A stretch of 64,000 nucleotides of DNA from Octopus bimaculoides. Lineage: Eukaryota. Shown here piece by piece: positions 12,917 to 26,049 of this stretch (position 1 is its first letter; each line of letters starts with the position of its first letter). The notes beneath the pieces are model-generated. The model searched no databases. It saw only the letters and a list, made by a program, of their open reading frames with translations, and was not told where the DNA came from. The position numbers were made by a program, and so were the translations under genes. Location: assembly GCF_001194135.2 (NCBI RefSeq), contig NC_068981.1:60174973-60238972 (forward strand). Direction: 5' to 3'.

Positions 12917-13544
12917 GCAAGCTGGGCGAAATGCTTAGCGGCATTTCATCTGTTTTCATGTTCTGAGTTCAAATTCTACCGAGGTCGTCTTTGCCATTCA
13001 TCCTTTCAGGGTGGATGAAATAAGTACCAGTTGAACACTGTGGTTAATATGATCGACTTACTCCATTCCCGCAAATTTCAGGCCTTGTGTCTATATTAGA
13101 AAGGATCATTATTATTGTTATTATTAACAGGCCGGGTGAAATACTTGGTGGCATTTCATCTGTCTTCACGTTTTTAGTTAAAATTCCGCCGAAGTCGACT
13201 TTGCCTTTTACCCTTTCGGGATCGATAAAAAAATGTACTATTTGAGTACTGGGGTGGATGCAGTCGAATTATGTCCTTCTTCAAATTTCAGACCTTCTGC
13301 CTAAAGTAGAAAAAATATTATTTTAAGGCGGCGAGCAAGCAGAATTGCTAGCACACCGGACAAAATGCTTAGCGGCATTTCGTCTGTGTTTATGTTCTGA
13401 GTTCAAATTCCGCCGAGGTCGACTTTTTCTTTCACCCTTTCGGGGTAGATTAAATAAGTATCAGTTATGTACTGGGGTCGACGTAATCGACTACCCCCTC
13501 CCCAAAATGTCAGGCCTTGTGCCTTCTGTAGAAAGGATTATTAT
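12914..13544 (+). mobile_element. Three head-to-tail copies of SINE family A
   Basis: Copies at about 12914-13125, 13129-13324 and 13325-13544 with the same motifs. The array directly follows an (ATT)n tract. Confidence 0.9.
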
Positions 13545-14437
13545 ACAAGGCACGTTACACTAAAGTAATTCAGTTAGAAGACAAGCGATTTTTACAAACT
13601 TTAAAGTCTTGATATTTTCAGGTATTTGTTGAGTATTTTTTTGCGTAATTGATTGTGAAAGCAATGGTCATTAGTTTTGAAAAAAAACAAAAAAAAAACA
13701 TTATTCGAAAACTGATTTTTTAACAATATTTTCTGAATGAAATTTTACAAATACTGTCGTGTGAAGATACGGAGCGAAGCAGAGGAAATGACGTAAAAAA
13801 ACCCCCAGACAATTAGAACTAGAGGAAAAGGAATGAAATCCTTCATTTCGATGAAAGAGAGCTGTCTTCCTGTAGTTAAACAAGTAAGAGATTGACAGTA
13901 ACAACGTATGTAACACGGCCAACATGATCACTGGCTGTAGTAGGCAGAAACATCACCAAAAATCTGACCACCACCACTAACACCGCTCAAAACAACAACA
14001 GCAACTATAACAATAGCTACAACAACAACTTACGTGATTAGAAGTGCCGACGCACCTACTGCCACTAGTAGTTCTACTTATACAAAAATCTGTGTCAGAA
14101 ATCGGAATTAGTTTAATAAAGCCAATTGCATCTGACACAATGGGTACCGAAACTGCTACTATCACATCCGCTGTGGTTGTCAATAACGGTCTATTTAGCA
14201 ACAGCAATAATAGTGTGAACAATACTTAGAGTAAGTCAGCAAGAGCTTTAAGATAAATTAACCAACTTCGTGCTGGTAACGGAAAAGAGTAACGTAGAGG
14301 TGTACAGTGGTCAGGTACTAACGACCCAAAAGGGCCATGCATATCCGGGCACACAAGAACCAAAGAATTAAAGAGTGAAATATAAATTTCTTCACCACCA
14401 CTACCACTACCGCCACCAATACAACCTGCTGAAGTTC

Positions 14438-14488
<51 letters not shown>

Positions 14489-14969
14489 GATAGCTACTTC
14501 ACAATTAAAATTTATCGCTTGAGTACTAATATCACTAATTCTATGTAACTTTGTTAAAACAATCACCATATCTGTCAAACCTTACTGCTATTATCGCAGC
14601 TTTTCATGTCGCAGGTAAAAAAAAGAACAAAACGAAAACGACTTTGCTCATATTATCATTAATACTAAAACGTCATCCGGTTACTGTGGGAATTAAACAT
14701 TGTTACCTTTTGAATGTAAAACTGACACAAAGCAACTCCTGGTGCTGTAATTGTTTAGGCAATTGTAATTACTCTTCACAAGTGACTTTCCCACTATTGC
14801 TACATGCTACATGTGAATATTACATCTGCATGTACAAATGTATACACTTATTGCGTATATACGTTTATCTGTATACTAGTGCGGCAGAATTGTATCCTAT
14901 ATTAACAATAACTACTTGTATTCCCACCACTTAATCGTTTATGACCTTGATTGCATGCTTCAAAATATG

Positions 14970-15306
14970 CTTTTATTCTTTTGCTTGATGTTGGGGCACA
15001 CGGCTGTAGAATTTAGTAGATCAAATCGACAGCAGTACTGATTCTTAAACGTGTTACATTAACTCTCTATTTTACTGAACTACTAAGTTACTGGAATTAA
15101 ACAATACAACACCGATTGTAAAGCAGTGAGAGATAAGCACAAGTGTCGCCCTGGTATAGATGTGGGGCCGAGAAGCCTGCTCCCAAATCATGCGGTCTTA
15201 TGTTCAGTTCCACAATGCAAAACATTGGCCTAGTTATCTTTTACAATAGCACAAGACCAACCAAAGTCTTGTGTGTGGATTTGGTCGATGGAAAAGAGAA
15301 GCATGT

Positions 15307-15320
<14 letters not shown>
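14970..15320. mobile_element. Old SINE family B halves in opposite orientations
   Basis: 14970-15140 matches the 3' half on the minus strand (gatcaaatcgac..actaagttactgg). 15160-15320 matches the 5' half on the plus strand (gagaagcctgctcccaaatcatg..caaagtcttgtgtgtggatttgg). Confidence 0.6.
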
Positions 15321-15368
<48 letters not shown>

Positions 15369-15386
15369 TATGTACACATATATAAC

Positions 15387-15500
15387 CAAGTGTGGCGTCC
15401 TATAGGGACAGTGCTACTGGCGTTTATAGCCCCAGGAAGACATCTCTTCCAGCTGGCTATAAACGCCAGTGGCACTGTCCCGTATAAGACGTCACACTTG
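15387..15500. repeat. 114-bp near-perfect inverted repeat (hairpin)
   Basis: CAAGTGTGGCGTCCTATAGGGACAGTGCTACTGGCGTTTATAGCCCCAGGAAGA, loop CATC, then TCTTCCAGCTGGCTATAAACGCCAGTGGCACTGTCCCGTATAAGACGTCACACTTG. Confidence 0.95.
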
Positions 15501-15827
15501 AATGGCAATTATATGTTACTATTCCGTATGGCTACTGTTTACATCTCGCTCAGAGATTTGATATTGTATATACGGCGGCTGGACAAAATAATGGAAACAC
15601 CTAACATCATACCATGATGATTTTGAAATATCTATAAAACCGTCAAAAGCTTGTTTATGTTTATGTATTTTGATTAATTATTAGTGTTGCTTAATATGTT
15701 TCGCCAAAATTGCTGTTTCCTGGCGTTGATGTAATTGTGTTATGCCCTCACCCTAACTTGCTGGCCTTGGGTCAAAATTTGAAACCATTATTTAAGTTCT
15801 TTGTATGTTAGCAACCTAGCAGAATCG

Positions 15828-15977
15828 AAGGCGGTGAGCTGGCAGAATCGTTAGCGCACCGGGCGAAATGCTTAGCGGTATTTCGTCTGCCGTTATGTTC
15901 TGAGTTCAAATTCCGCCGAGGTTGACTTTGCCTTTCATCATTTCGGGGTCGATAAATTAAATACCAGTTACGTACTG
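15828..15977 (+). mobile_element. SINE family A copy, 3'-truncated
   Basis: Starts aaggcggtgagctggcagaatcgttagc. A box TGGCAGAATCG at 15840-15850, B box GTTCAAATTC at 15904-15913. Confidence 0.9.
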
Positions 15978-16184
15978 AAACTGGATTACAATCCCAACCC
16001 ACAAAAAGATACTTAATCATAATTAATATTGACCATATTGTATCTGTGTCACAACACTCTCTGTAGATAAATATGAAGTACGTGTGACGTACGAAATATC
16101 TATACAATCAACTATTCTCATACAAAGTATCTATGTAAGAAATATTAACCGTATATGTAAACACTCTGTCATTATACATACATG

Positions 16185-16244
<60 letters not shown>

Positions 16245-16577
16245 NNNNNNNNNNNNNNNNNNNNNNNNNNNNNNNNNNNNNNNNNNNNNNNNNNNNNNNN
16301 NNNNNNNNNNNNNNNNNNNNNNNNNNNNNNNNNNNNNNNNNNNNNNNNNNNNNNNNNNNNNNNNNNNNNNNNNNNNNNNNNNNNNNNNNNNNNNNNNNNN
16401 NNNNNNNNNNNNNNNNNNNNNNNNNNNNNNNNNNNNNNNNNNNNNNNNNNNNNNNNNNNNNNNNNNNNNNNNNNNNNNNNNNNNNNNNNNNNNNNNNNNN
16501 NNNNNNNNNNNNNNNNNNNNNNNNNNNNNNNNNNNNNNNNNNNNNNNNNNNNNNNNNNNNNNNNNNNNNNNNNNNNN

Positions 16578-16616
<39 letters not shown>

Positions 16617-18507
16617 TGTCAAGTTGTTTATACCCTTCTATTCACAGAGTGGTAACTAACAATTTATTTATTCAGTAGTACAATATACAACTCAAACAAG
16701 ACACTGCTTATATATCATTATTTTCTTGCTCCACTGAAATTGAAATTGACAATATACAGAATTACTTGTGTCTGACAAAGTAAGTAATGGAGAAAGCTAA
16801 TAAAAGGTCGGGTATTATCACGGATTCAGATTAAATTTGACATGTTTCGAAATATTTTCACCAGAATTATGCCACAGATAATGGTTTCTTATTCTGGTAA
16901 ATGTGATGTAGTAATTATTAAAAAAACTCTGCTTCTATTTTGGTTCCTACTATAGCCGTTATGTCATCTATCAATTCTCACAGTTCTAACAGTACCAATT
17001 TTCTTCCGATCTCCATTTGTTAAGCATAGTTTTTTCATCTTTTCTCTACAACAGATTTTGTTTTAAAATTAAGAGTGAAAAATCAGGTTCCAATGACTAT
17101 CTTCGATCCCTTCTAGTGTGCATGAAGTCCTTAGTAATAAACCGCGTAAATACTGAATCTAGGTACTGCTGAGAAGCTATTCGACAAATCCTAGAATATA
17201 ATTAAATTATATGTTTTACGATACCGTGCATGCGAAATGGATATCTTTGCCTTTGTCCTGCGAGCCAAAATGAACTTGAAGCTCCTTTCTTCATTCTTTA
17301 CCTAGCTAAAAGAAGCTCCAAATCATTAGGGCGTACTCAAGGCATCTTAGCCATATCAAATACCGGCTAAGGACCTGAAATATATCTGACTTCATTCAGT
17401 GCTTGAACGTTTGACATTTATTTGTCAGCACTTTATAAAGCAGTTTACCTTCTTCATTGATGAAGGATATAAAACGTAACTGTTCAATATATAACCCCCT
17501 CTTCTGCCAGACATAAGTCTTATATTGCAGTTCTTGTTTTTCAGATACACTAACATAGGCTTTCTGTTGTCCCCAGGTTCTTAGGAGAATGTTTGTAACT
17601 CTTTCACGACTGGAGCACATTTTGATCTCGCATACTTCATATCTAATTCGATGTCTTGACGATCCCATAAGTCAAAGCAAATATCAGGGTCAGGTGGAAC
17701 CTGCTCATATAGCACCTTAGAGATCACAGTAAACACTATATAAATGGATCACATTTTTTACCTTACATGTGTTTAAAATATCCGATTAGTTGTGGCCAAA
17801 AAAGTCTTAATTATTTTGGGGGAATGGAAAGAATCTTGTCTAAGCGGTTCGTGAAATTTTCGCCTTCTCTCGTACGTTCTGTGCTCATCACATTTAAAAA
17901 AAAAGTTTCGTTTTATTTCATACACTAAGGATTAAAACAATATTTTCAATTGCGTCGCAGCTTCAATCAGTTCTTCAAATTTTTATTAAGTATCAGTGAC
18001 AATTTCAATGTCCGTCTTTACCTTATCTTTAGATGGTAGGATTTAAAATTTAAATTATGTGTCCATTTAAACTTCTGCCATTACTATAAGATACATATAA
18101 TTCAAATGCAAAAGTATTTGAAAGACTTATGAACATACAAACCTTTCCTCTCTTTTCATTAACAGAAAAATAGAAATTATATTCGAAGCTTTTTAATTGA
18201 GAAAAATTATTGAAATTTTGATTCTCTTTCTTGATGTAGGCTTAATGAATATTCTTATAATATTGTTGAAATTACACACTCTCATATATACCTATATGAG
18301 TGTGTGTGCGTGTGCATATAAAGCGAAATGGGATTCTTTACTAATCACTACGATCGTTTTGACCCATCATTCCTCGGTCACTCGCGGCTGAGATTCTGAG
18401 TGATTGGTTGTGGTGCAACGGTTACTACAACCGCTAACTTTTCTTACCTATATATAACCTATATATATATATATATATATGCATATATGCATGTGTATAT
18501 ATATATA

Positions 18508-18865
18508 TTCTTTTATTTTTTTTACTTCTTTCAATCGTTTGACTGCGGCCACCTTTAGTTGAACAAATCGACCCCAGAACTTATTCTTTGTAAGCCGAGT
18601 ACTTATTCTTTTCCCGAACCACTAAGTTACGGGGACGTAAACAAACCAACAACGGTTGCCAAGCGATGGTATGGGGACCAACAGACACACACAAATATAT
18701 GTATATACGACGGGATTCTTTCAGTTTTCGTCTGCCATGTCTACTCACAAGGCATTGGTCGGCCAGAGGGTATAGAAGAAGACACTTGCCCAAGGTGCTA
18801 TGCTGTGTGACTGTATCCGGAACCATATGGTTGGGAAGCAGGCTTCTTACAACACAGCCACATCT
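18508..18865 (-). mobile_element. SINE family B copy
   Basis: Colinear with 37352-37749; contains gacacttgcccaaggtgc at 18781-18798. Confidence 0.9.
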
Positions 18866-19755
18866 TACATGCCATGATCCAATGTGGACTGCGTTTCTAC
18901 TGACCATCATGCTATATTAAGTAGTGTCAAACACCTGTAAACAAATTAGTAAACCTAGTTTTCTGGAGCTATTAGATTTCATGAGTAATAAAGAGGCTGA
19001 ATACTTATTAATGTGGGATTGGTCATATAATGTAGACACTCTTAATGAGACTCCCATAAGAGCCGAAAATCAATTCATTTCAATCTTCGAAATTTAAAGA
19101 GAAATAGGCAAATTTGACATCTTTATATCTCTATCGTATGGACTTGCATATATATCAGCATGTGTGTATGTGCATGCATGTGTTTATATATATATANNNN
19201 NNNNNNNNNNNNNNNNNNNNNNNNNNNNNNNNNNNNNNNNNNNNNNNNNNNNNNNNNNNNNNNNNNNNNNNNNNNNNNNNNNNNNNNNNNNNNNNNNNNN
19301 NNNNNNNNNNNNNNNNNNNNNNNNNNNNNNNNNNNNNNNNNNNNNNNNNNNNNNNNNNNNNNNNNNNNNNNNNNNNNNNNNNNNNNNNNNNNNNNNNNNN
19401 NNNNNNNNNNNNNNNNNNNNNNNNNNNNNNNNNNNNNNNNNNNNNNNNNNNNNNNNNNNNNNNNNNNNNNNNNNNNNNNNNNNNNNNNNNNNNNNNNNNN
19501 NNNNNNNNNNNNNNNNNNNNNNNNNNNNNNNNNNNNNNNNNNNNNNNNNNNNNNNNNNNNNNNNNNNNNNNNNNNNNNNNNNNNNNNNNNNNNNNNNNNN
19601 NNNNNNNNNNNNNNNNNNNNNNNNNNNNNNNNNNNNNNNNNNNNNNNNNNNNNNNNNNNNNNNNNNNNNNNNNNNNNNNNNNNNNNNNNNNNNNNNNNNN
19701 NNNNNNNNNNNNNNNNNNNNNNNNNNNNNNNNNNNNNNNNNNNNNNNNNNNNNNN

Positions 19756-20046
19756 GAAAACACCTGAAGCTCCACGAGGCTCCAGCAGGGGATGGTGGCG
19801 AACCCTGCTGTACTCTGTCACCACAACTTTCTCTCACTCTTTCTTCCTGTTTCTGTTGTTCCTGTATTTCAAAGGGTGAGCCTTGTCACACTGTGTCACG
19901 CTGAATATCCCCGAGAACTACGTTAAGGGTACACGTGTCTGTGGAGTGCTCAGCCACTTGCACATTAAATTCACGAGTAGGCTGTTTCGTTGATCAGATC
20001 AACTGGAACCCTCGACGTCGTAAGCGTTGGATTGCCAACAACAACA
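19756..20046 (+). mobile_element. SINE family C (head lost in gap)
   Basis: gaaaacacctgaagctccacgaggctcc..gatcaactggaaccctcg, colinear with 60373-60631; ends in (CAA)n. Confidence 0.9.
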
Positions 20047-20859
20047 ATATATATATATATATATANNNNNNNNNNNNNNNNNNNNNNNNNNNNNNNNNNN
20101 NNNNNNNNNNNNNNNNNNNNNNNNNNNNNNNNNNNNNNNNNNNNNNNNNNNNNNNNNNNNNNNNNNNNNNNNNNNNNNNNNNNNNNNNNNNNNNNNNNNN
20201 NNNNNNNNNNNNNNNNNNNNNNNNNNNNNNNNNNNNNNNNNNNNNNNNNNNNNNNNNNNNNNNNNNNNNNNNNNNNNNNNNNNNNNNNNNNNNNNNNNNN
20301 NNNNNNNNNNNNNNNNNNNNNNNNNNNNNNNNNNNNNNNNNNNNNNNNNNNNNNNNNNNNNNNNNNNNNNNNNNNNNNNNNNNNNNNNNNNNNNNNNNNN
20401 NNNNNNNNNNNNNNNNNNNNNNNNNNNNNNNNNNNNNNNNNNNNNNNNNNNNNNNNNNNNNNNNNNNNNNNNNNNNNNNNNNNNNNNNNNNNNNNNNNNN
20501 NNNNNNNNNNNNNNNNNNNNNNNNNNNNNNNNNNNNNNNNNNNNNNNNNNNNNNNNNNNNNNNNNNNNNNNNNNNNNNNNNNNNNNNNNNNNNNNNNNNN
20601 NNNNNNNNNNNNNNNNNNNNNNNNNNNNNNNNNNNNNNNNNNNNNNNNNNNNNNNNNNNNNNNNNNNNNNNNNNNNNNNNNNNNNNNNNNNNNNNNNNNN
20701 NNNNNNNNNNNNNNNNNNNNNNNNNNNNNNNNNNNNNNNNNNNNNNNNNNNNNNNNNNNNNNNNNNNNNNNNNNNNNNNNNNNNNNNNNNNNNNNNNNNN
20801 NNNNNNNNNNNNNNNNNNNNNNNNNNNNNNNNNNNNNNNTATATATATATATATATATG

Positions 20860-20895
<36 letters not shown>

Positions 20896-20914
20896 CATAT
20901 ATTTATATATGTAT

Positions 20915-21130
20915 TTATGTGTCTGTGTTTGTCCCCCCATCATCGCTTGACAACCGATGTTGATATATTTACGTACCCCTAACTTAGCGATTTGGCAAGA
21001 GAGACCGATAGGATAAGTACTAGGTTTACAAAGAATAAATCCTGGGTAGATTTGTTCGACTAAAGGCGGTGCTCCAGCATGTCTGCAGTCAAATGTTTGA
21101 AACAAATGAAAGAAGAAAATAAATAAAAGA
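20915..21130 (+). mobile_element. SINE family B, 3' half (5' half probably in gap 20066-20840)
   Basis: tgtctgtgtttgtcccccc..cgcttgacaaccgatg..gataagtactagg..aaggcggtgctccagcatg. Confidence 0.88.
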
Positions 21131-21752
21131 AAAAAATATAAATATATAATTAGACAAGTCGACCGTTGTGAGATTATTTGCTAAAAGTACTAGACCGTTA
21201 TTTTGTTTTCTCGAACCAGACTTAATAGCAGTTTGTTTTCAAATCGGGCCGTAAAGACCTGGAAGAACCACACTGCAAGACATTTTGTCAGGTTACTTAC
21301 CGTTATTCCCAAACCTTGTCTCACTCAACGGGGAACAATTATAAACTACATACATGGCAATCTATTATAAACTACCAGTGCACATTCAGAAATATTCACC
21401 TGAAGGAAAGTGTATTAGATGCCTTGGAGGGAAGTTTTACAGTGACTGATTCTCTCTGGCTTTCTCACAAAGCAACTTAATCCATTTTAAGCGAAAGGGA
21501 ATTAAGGAGAGGAGAATGGGAGAGAATTATCGATCTTTATACTTAACATGTACTTTATTTATTGTCCCAAATCAATGAAATGCAGTGTTGACCGCTGTAG
21601 GATATTAAGTCAGTGCTAGGACAAATACTGAAAGGAATCCTATCTAACATACCAATAACACAGTAAATAAAAATTTCAAAAATAACTGAAAAGAGAATGG
21701 AGCAGGTAGAATGCTGCAACATTTTGAGCGGAGAATGAGAGAAAAAGGAGAC

Positions 21753-21813
<61 letters not shown>

Positions 21814-22227
21814 AGAAAAAGTAGGAGAGAGAGAAAACATTAAAGAGAAAGTAACAATGTGAAACGTAAAACAGAGGCAAGAAAAACCTACGACGTAAAG
21901 CAGAAATATATGCACAAAAAAAATTACCTTCGTCATAACGTATAAATTTTCCCGTAAATTGAAGGTTCAATGTACATACATACAGCTATGCATGCATACA
22001 TATGTGTACGGGATATTCGATTGTAAGCTATATGAAATCCAGACTATTGATTTGAAAACCGGAAATATTTTATGCATTAGTAAAATTTCCACATCAACAA
22101 TGATATAGTCCGCTTCTTATGAAAAAAGGGAATGAGACAGTAATGTCTTCGCGTGGTTTCACACACCCTTTGAATATCGCATATCATCCTTTCGACAACA
22201 ACTGCGAAACACAAATTATCCAAGTTT

Positions 22228-22282
<55 letters not shown>

Positions 22283-23064
22283 GGCACTGCCTTAGATCAG
22301 TTACTTGAAGAGAGCTGCTGTACTACCCTGCCGTTAACTGTTCCAGCTGGTCGGAAGATTCCGGTCATTTGAACTAGATGTGCTTAGGCAACCTGAATTC
22401 GAATGGTTTAATATCGTTGCATTTTTATGACAATGAGTGGTCTTTCTTTCCATCGTAGTAATTTCATACAAACATACAACTGAATGCAAAGAGTTAAAAA
22501 TATATGTATAGAAAGATAATTGTAAGACAATAAAATATTAAACCATGCAGCATACAATATAAAAGGTAAAGGTCCGTTTGAACCTCTCTGAATATTTGAA
22601 CATATTTGCTTCGATGTAACTATTTGTAAGTATAACCTGGAGGAATAGAAATAAAAGAAAAAGTTTTCGAAACAGGGTTGCACTTACTAAAGAAAAGTTT
22701 AGTGAGAGGAAAATATAAAGTTGCCTTACTATAAGAAAAGTTTGTTTAATTACAACTTTTAACACTAAATTAATTGCAAGTTCACCTTTCATTAATTTTT
22801 AAATACACATGCATAATAAATATGTAAAAACGCTAGTAGTAAATCGATATTCTTTGACAATCAACGAAAATCTAGCATTCCTGCTCGATAATATGCATTT
22901 CTAATAATAAGACCAATTAAGTTGATAATAATCGCAATGATGATATTGACATTGACGAGACTGTTGAAGATGATAATCATTGTTATCATGTTCATCATGA
23001 TTTTAATTATTGCTAATGCTCCATTAAGCATTCACAGGCAATGAATTTTTAAGGCAGTAGAGCT

Positions 23065-23485
23065 ACATATGAAATGCCTTGCGTTATTTAGTTATGCAAC
23101 ATTACGTTTGCGTAAAATCCCGCCCATTGTTAATTTTTGCGTTTCATCTTTCCAGGGTCAATAAAATAAGATCCAGTCGATCGATCTAATTGACTACAAG
23201 CACACACACAAAATTTGTGACTTTGTGCCCATGCCAAAAATTTGAAAGTTGAATCAGCTCAGTTGTAAAAACGATAAAAACGATAGAAACGATAGCTTGA
23301 CAAAATGTTCTGTGGCATTTAGTTGTGGCCTTTCTGAGTTCAAGTCCAATATTATATCAATATTCTCTCACCCTCCTTTCAGAGACGATGGAACAAGGTA
23401 CCAGTCAAGTCTAAGGATAGAATCCATTGTCTATATCCCAAACTTAAATTTGTAAACTTGTGCTAATGCTGTAAAAAATTATCAT
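23065..23485 (+). mobile_element. Two old tandem SINE family A copies
   Basis: Degenerate matches: aaggcagt..gaaatgcctt..cagggtcaataaaataag, and ttctgagttcaag..aaggtaccagt. Confidence 0.6.
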
Positions 23486-24554
23486 AAATTTTATCAATAC
23501 CTTATAATGCATCCTTTTTAAATAACTAAAACGGTTAATACCGCATATCTATACGTTATGAATTCAAATCATCATGCAGTTCACTTTGTTATTTATCCTT
23601 CCGTCTTTGACGAATTAAATATTCTTTTATCTTGAAACTGAGTGAATCTGTTTTTCTGAAAGACTTTTAAATATTTATTAACATATCACATTCATTGACC
23701 TTACTTAGTATCTCACACATAGGTAAAAATATAGTAAATGAAAAGTTTCGGTGATCAATATTCTAGTTGTTCGATCAACAGAAGTACCTGTTCATTGAGT
23801 TATTGTTTAAATAGCCGAGCATTCCACATAGACTTTTACACCTTAAGTAACCATTAGGCAGAAACAGGTGACACCATTTGTGACTAGGCTGGTCTTCGAA
23901 TTGCAGGCACAGCCCATCTTCCGTACTGTCAATTCAATTTTATTTACAAATGGTTAATCGATGCGCGGTTGTGTTAAATAACACACACTAGAATATAACA
24001 TTAGAATTAAACTTGGGATCTTACTATTTCTATGAAAACTCTATAACTACTTGATTTTGCCAGCATCCATGATACAAATACAGTGACATACAAGAATGTA
24101 TATATGATATGTGCGTATGTGCGTATTTTTGCATTTATGTATATATAGATTACGCATAAACACAAAAGTGAATGAACTGTAATAACATTAGGTGTATGAG
24201 TGAGTGCATTCATATGAAAGGTAAATATGGCATATTGATTGATATTAAGGCATGCTACAATCACCAGTAGCAACAAACTTAGTTACAGGTTGTATAGCAA
24301 GCGTAATTTAGATGATTGTCATTTAGTCATGAAGGTGGTAACCGCTAACTTCAGTAGCTGTAAGGTGACATGTGTAATTTATTAGCACACAATTAAGGTA
24401 TGATTTTATATAAGCACAATAAGAAATGCTATTCTCATGAACTAAAAAGGATTTGTTCATGTAACATAAAACCACCTTGCGTGCAACTGGTTATAATTAC
24501 GATATTGAAAGTGTATTCGTATCATGAACAGAGTGGTTCAGAATTTCTCATCCT

Positions 24555-24680
24555 TCGTTCCATCCCAGAACATGTGTGTGAGTGACAACTTGATACTTGG
24601 TTTTACAATAGCTTTGGGTCGATCCAATCCTTGTAAGAGAAACTGAGTAGACAGAATCTGTTGAGGTTTATCCGATGGAC
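24555..24680 (+). mobile_element. Decayed SINE family B 5' fragment
   Basis: acaatagctttgggtcgatccaatccttgtaagag resembles ctatagcctcgggccgaccaaagccttgtgag of the intact copies. Confidence 0.45.
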
Positions 24681-26049
24681 AGTACCTGCATTTATGATAG
24701 GTAAAATCAAAAAAAGACTGTTGAAAAAAAAAACAAAAACAGTCGTACATGAAACAATACCTGCTTGCACACAAGTGCTCTCTGGAGCATCGCTTCAACT
24801 CTGGATGAATGGATGTTGAAATTCTTATACTTTGATAATATTTTTATCTTACATATCAACTTAATAAAAATTTAGATTTTGAAATGAAACAAGTGCATTG
24901 CATAGTGATATAATCTGTTAAATGAATTCAATATCCGGTGAGTAATTTGAGTTCTTGTACACCTCATTAGTGAAGACAAGTAAGTCATTGTTTAGGTTTT
25001 GGGTTCGAGATCATAAAATCGTGGATTTAGCTCATGGATGTATTGTATCGTCTACAGATATCATACACCCTTATTTTAGGCATTATGTGGTATTCAAATG
25101 ATCATCGTTTCAGTTTAGTATGACCGGTAAACAAGGTAGAGACTGTTGAATGCCAAACTAAACAACAATATTTCTAGCATTTGGTTCTAATCTTAGATAC
25201 ATTCTCTTTCCTGTTTATATGTCCTATTAAATAAACCCCAACAACATGTTCAAAACGATCCATTGACAGAAACACTGATCAATAAAAATTACCCTAGTTT
25301 ATTTTCCAACGATAAATGATCTAAATATATCCACATATTTCAAAAGATTACATGATAATGTTTGCGTGCTTCCAAAGTTAGACATGAGTAGACTAATTAG
25401 CAATGGAATTGTAAACTACAATATCTAATTTTTATTAGAGAATGTAATTCGAATATTTCATTATCAAGTCATATCTACGTGAAAGCAGAGCTTGCGAATA
25501 GAATTGAACATTTTGCTGACATTGCTGTCAAAATTTCCAGGTATAATGATAAACCTAACAATTACAAAAATGGTTTAGTTACGTAACTGAAACAGCTTTT
25601 ACTAACTCACGCGTAGAAATTAATCTCCTTGCAAGTTCAAGCATTAATACACTTTCAAATCTCTTATACCACTGATACATAACTGGAAATCTTATAAACG
25701 TCACAATTATCGACATCCACCTCTATGAAATGCAGCTCATTCCCTATTATCAAAATTAATCAATATTTACTATGCAGAGAGGATGAACACCGTATTGTGA
25801 GATGATTTCTCAACAAGCTGATATCGATCCGCATTGAAGATATTTCACTTCAATGACGCAGCTATGGCATGAAGAAAAGTCGTAAACGTTAACGTTTCCA
25901 TTTGGTGACTCTCTTAAAATATAGGATCTCTTTCTTCGTCAAATACATAATCCCCAATGCTAACTTAAGTCAGCCCTGGTTAAAAAATAAAACCTCTAAC
26001 CATAAACAATCCCTCAATCCATGCGTGACCATTAATTATTTTCGAGATT

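Noticed and set aside
17090-17710. Possible minus-strand Tx1/L1 RT relic
   Set aside because: Only vague motif echoes, with no readable QG or YADD motif; needs TBLASTX or an HMM search.
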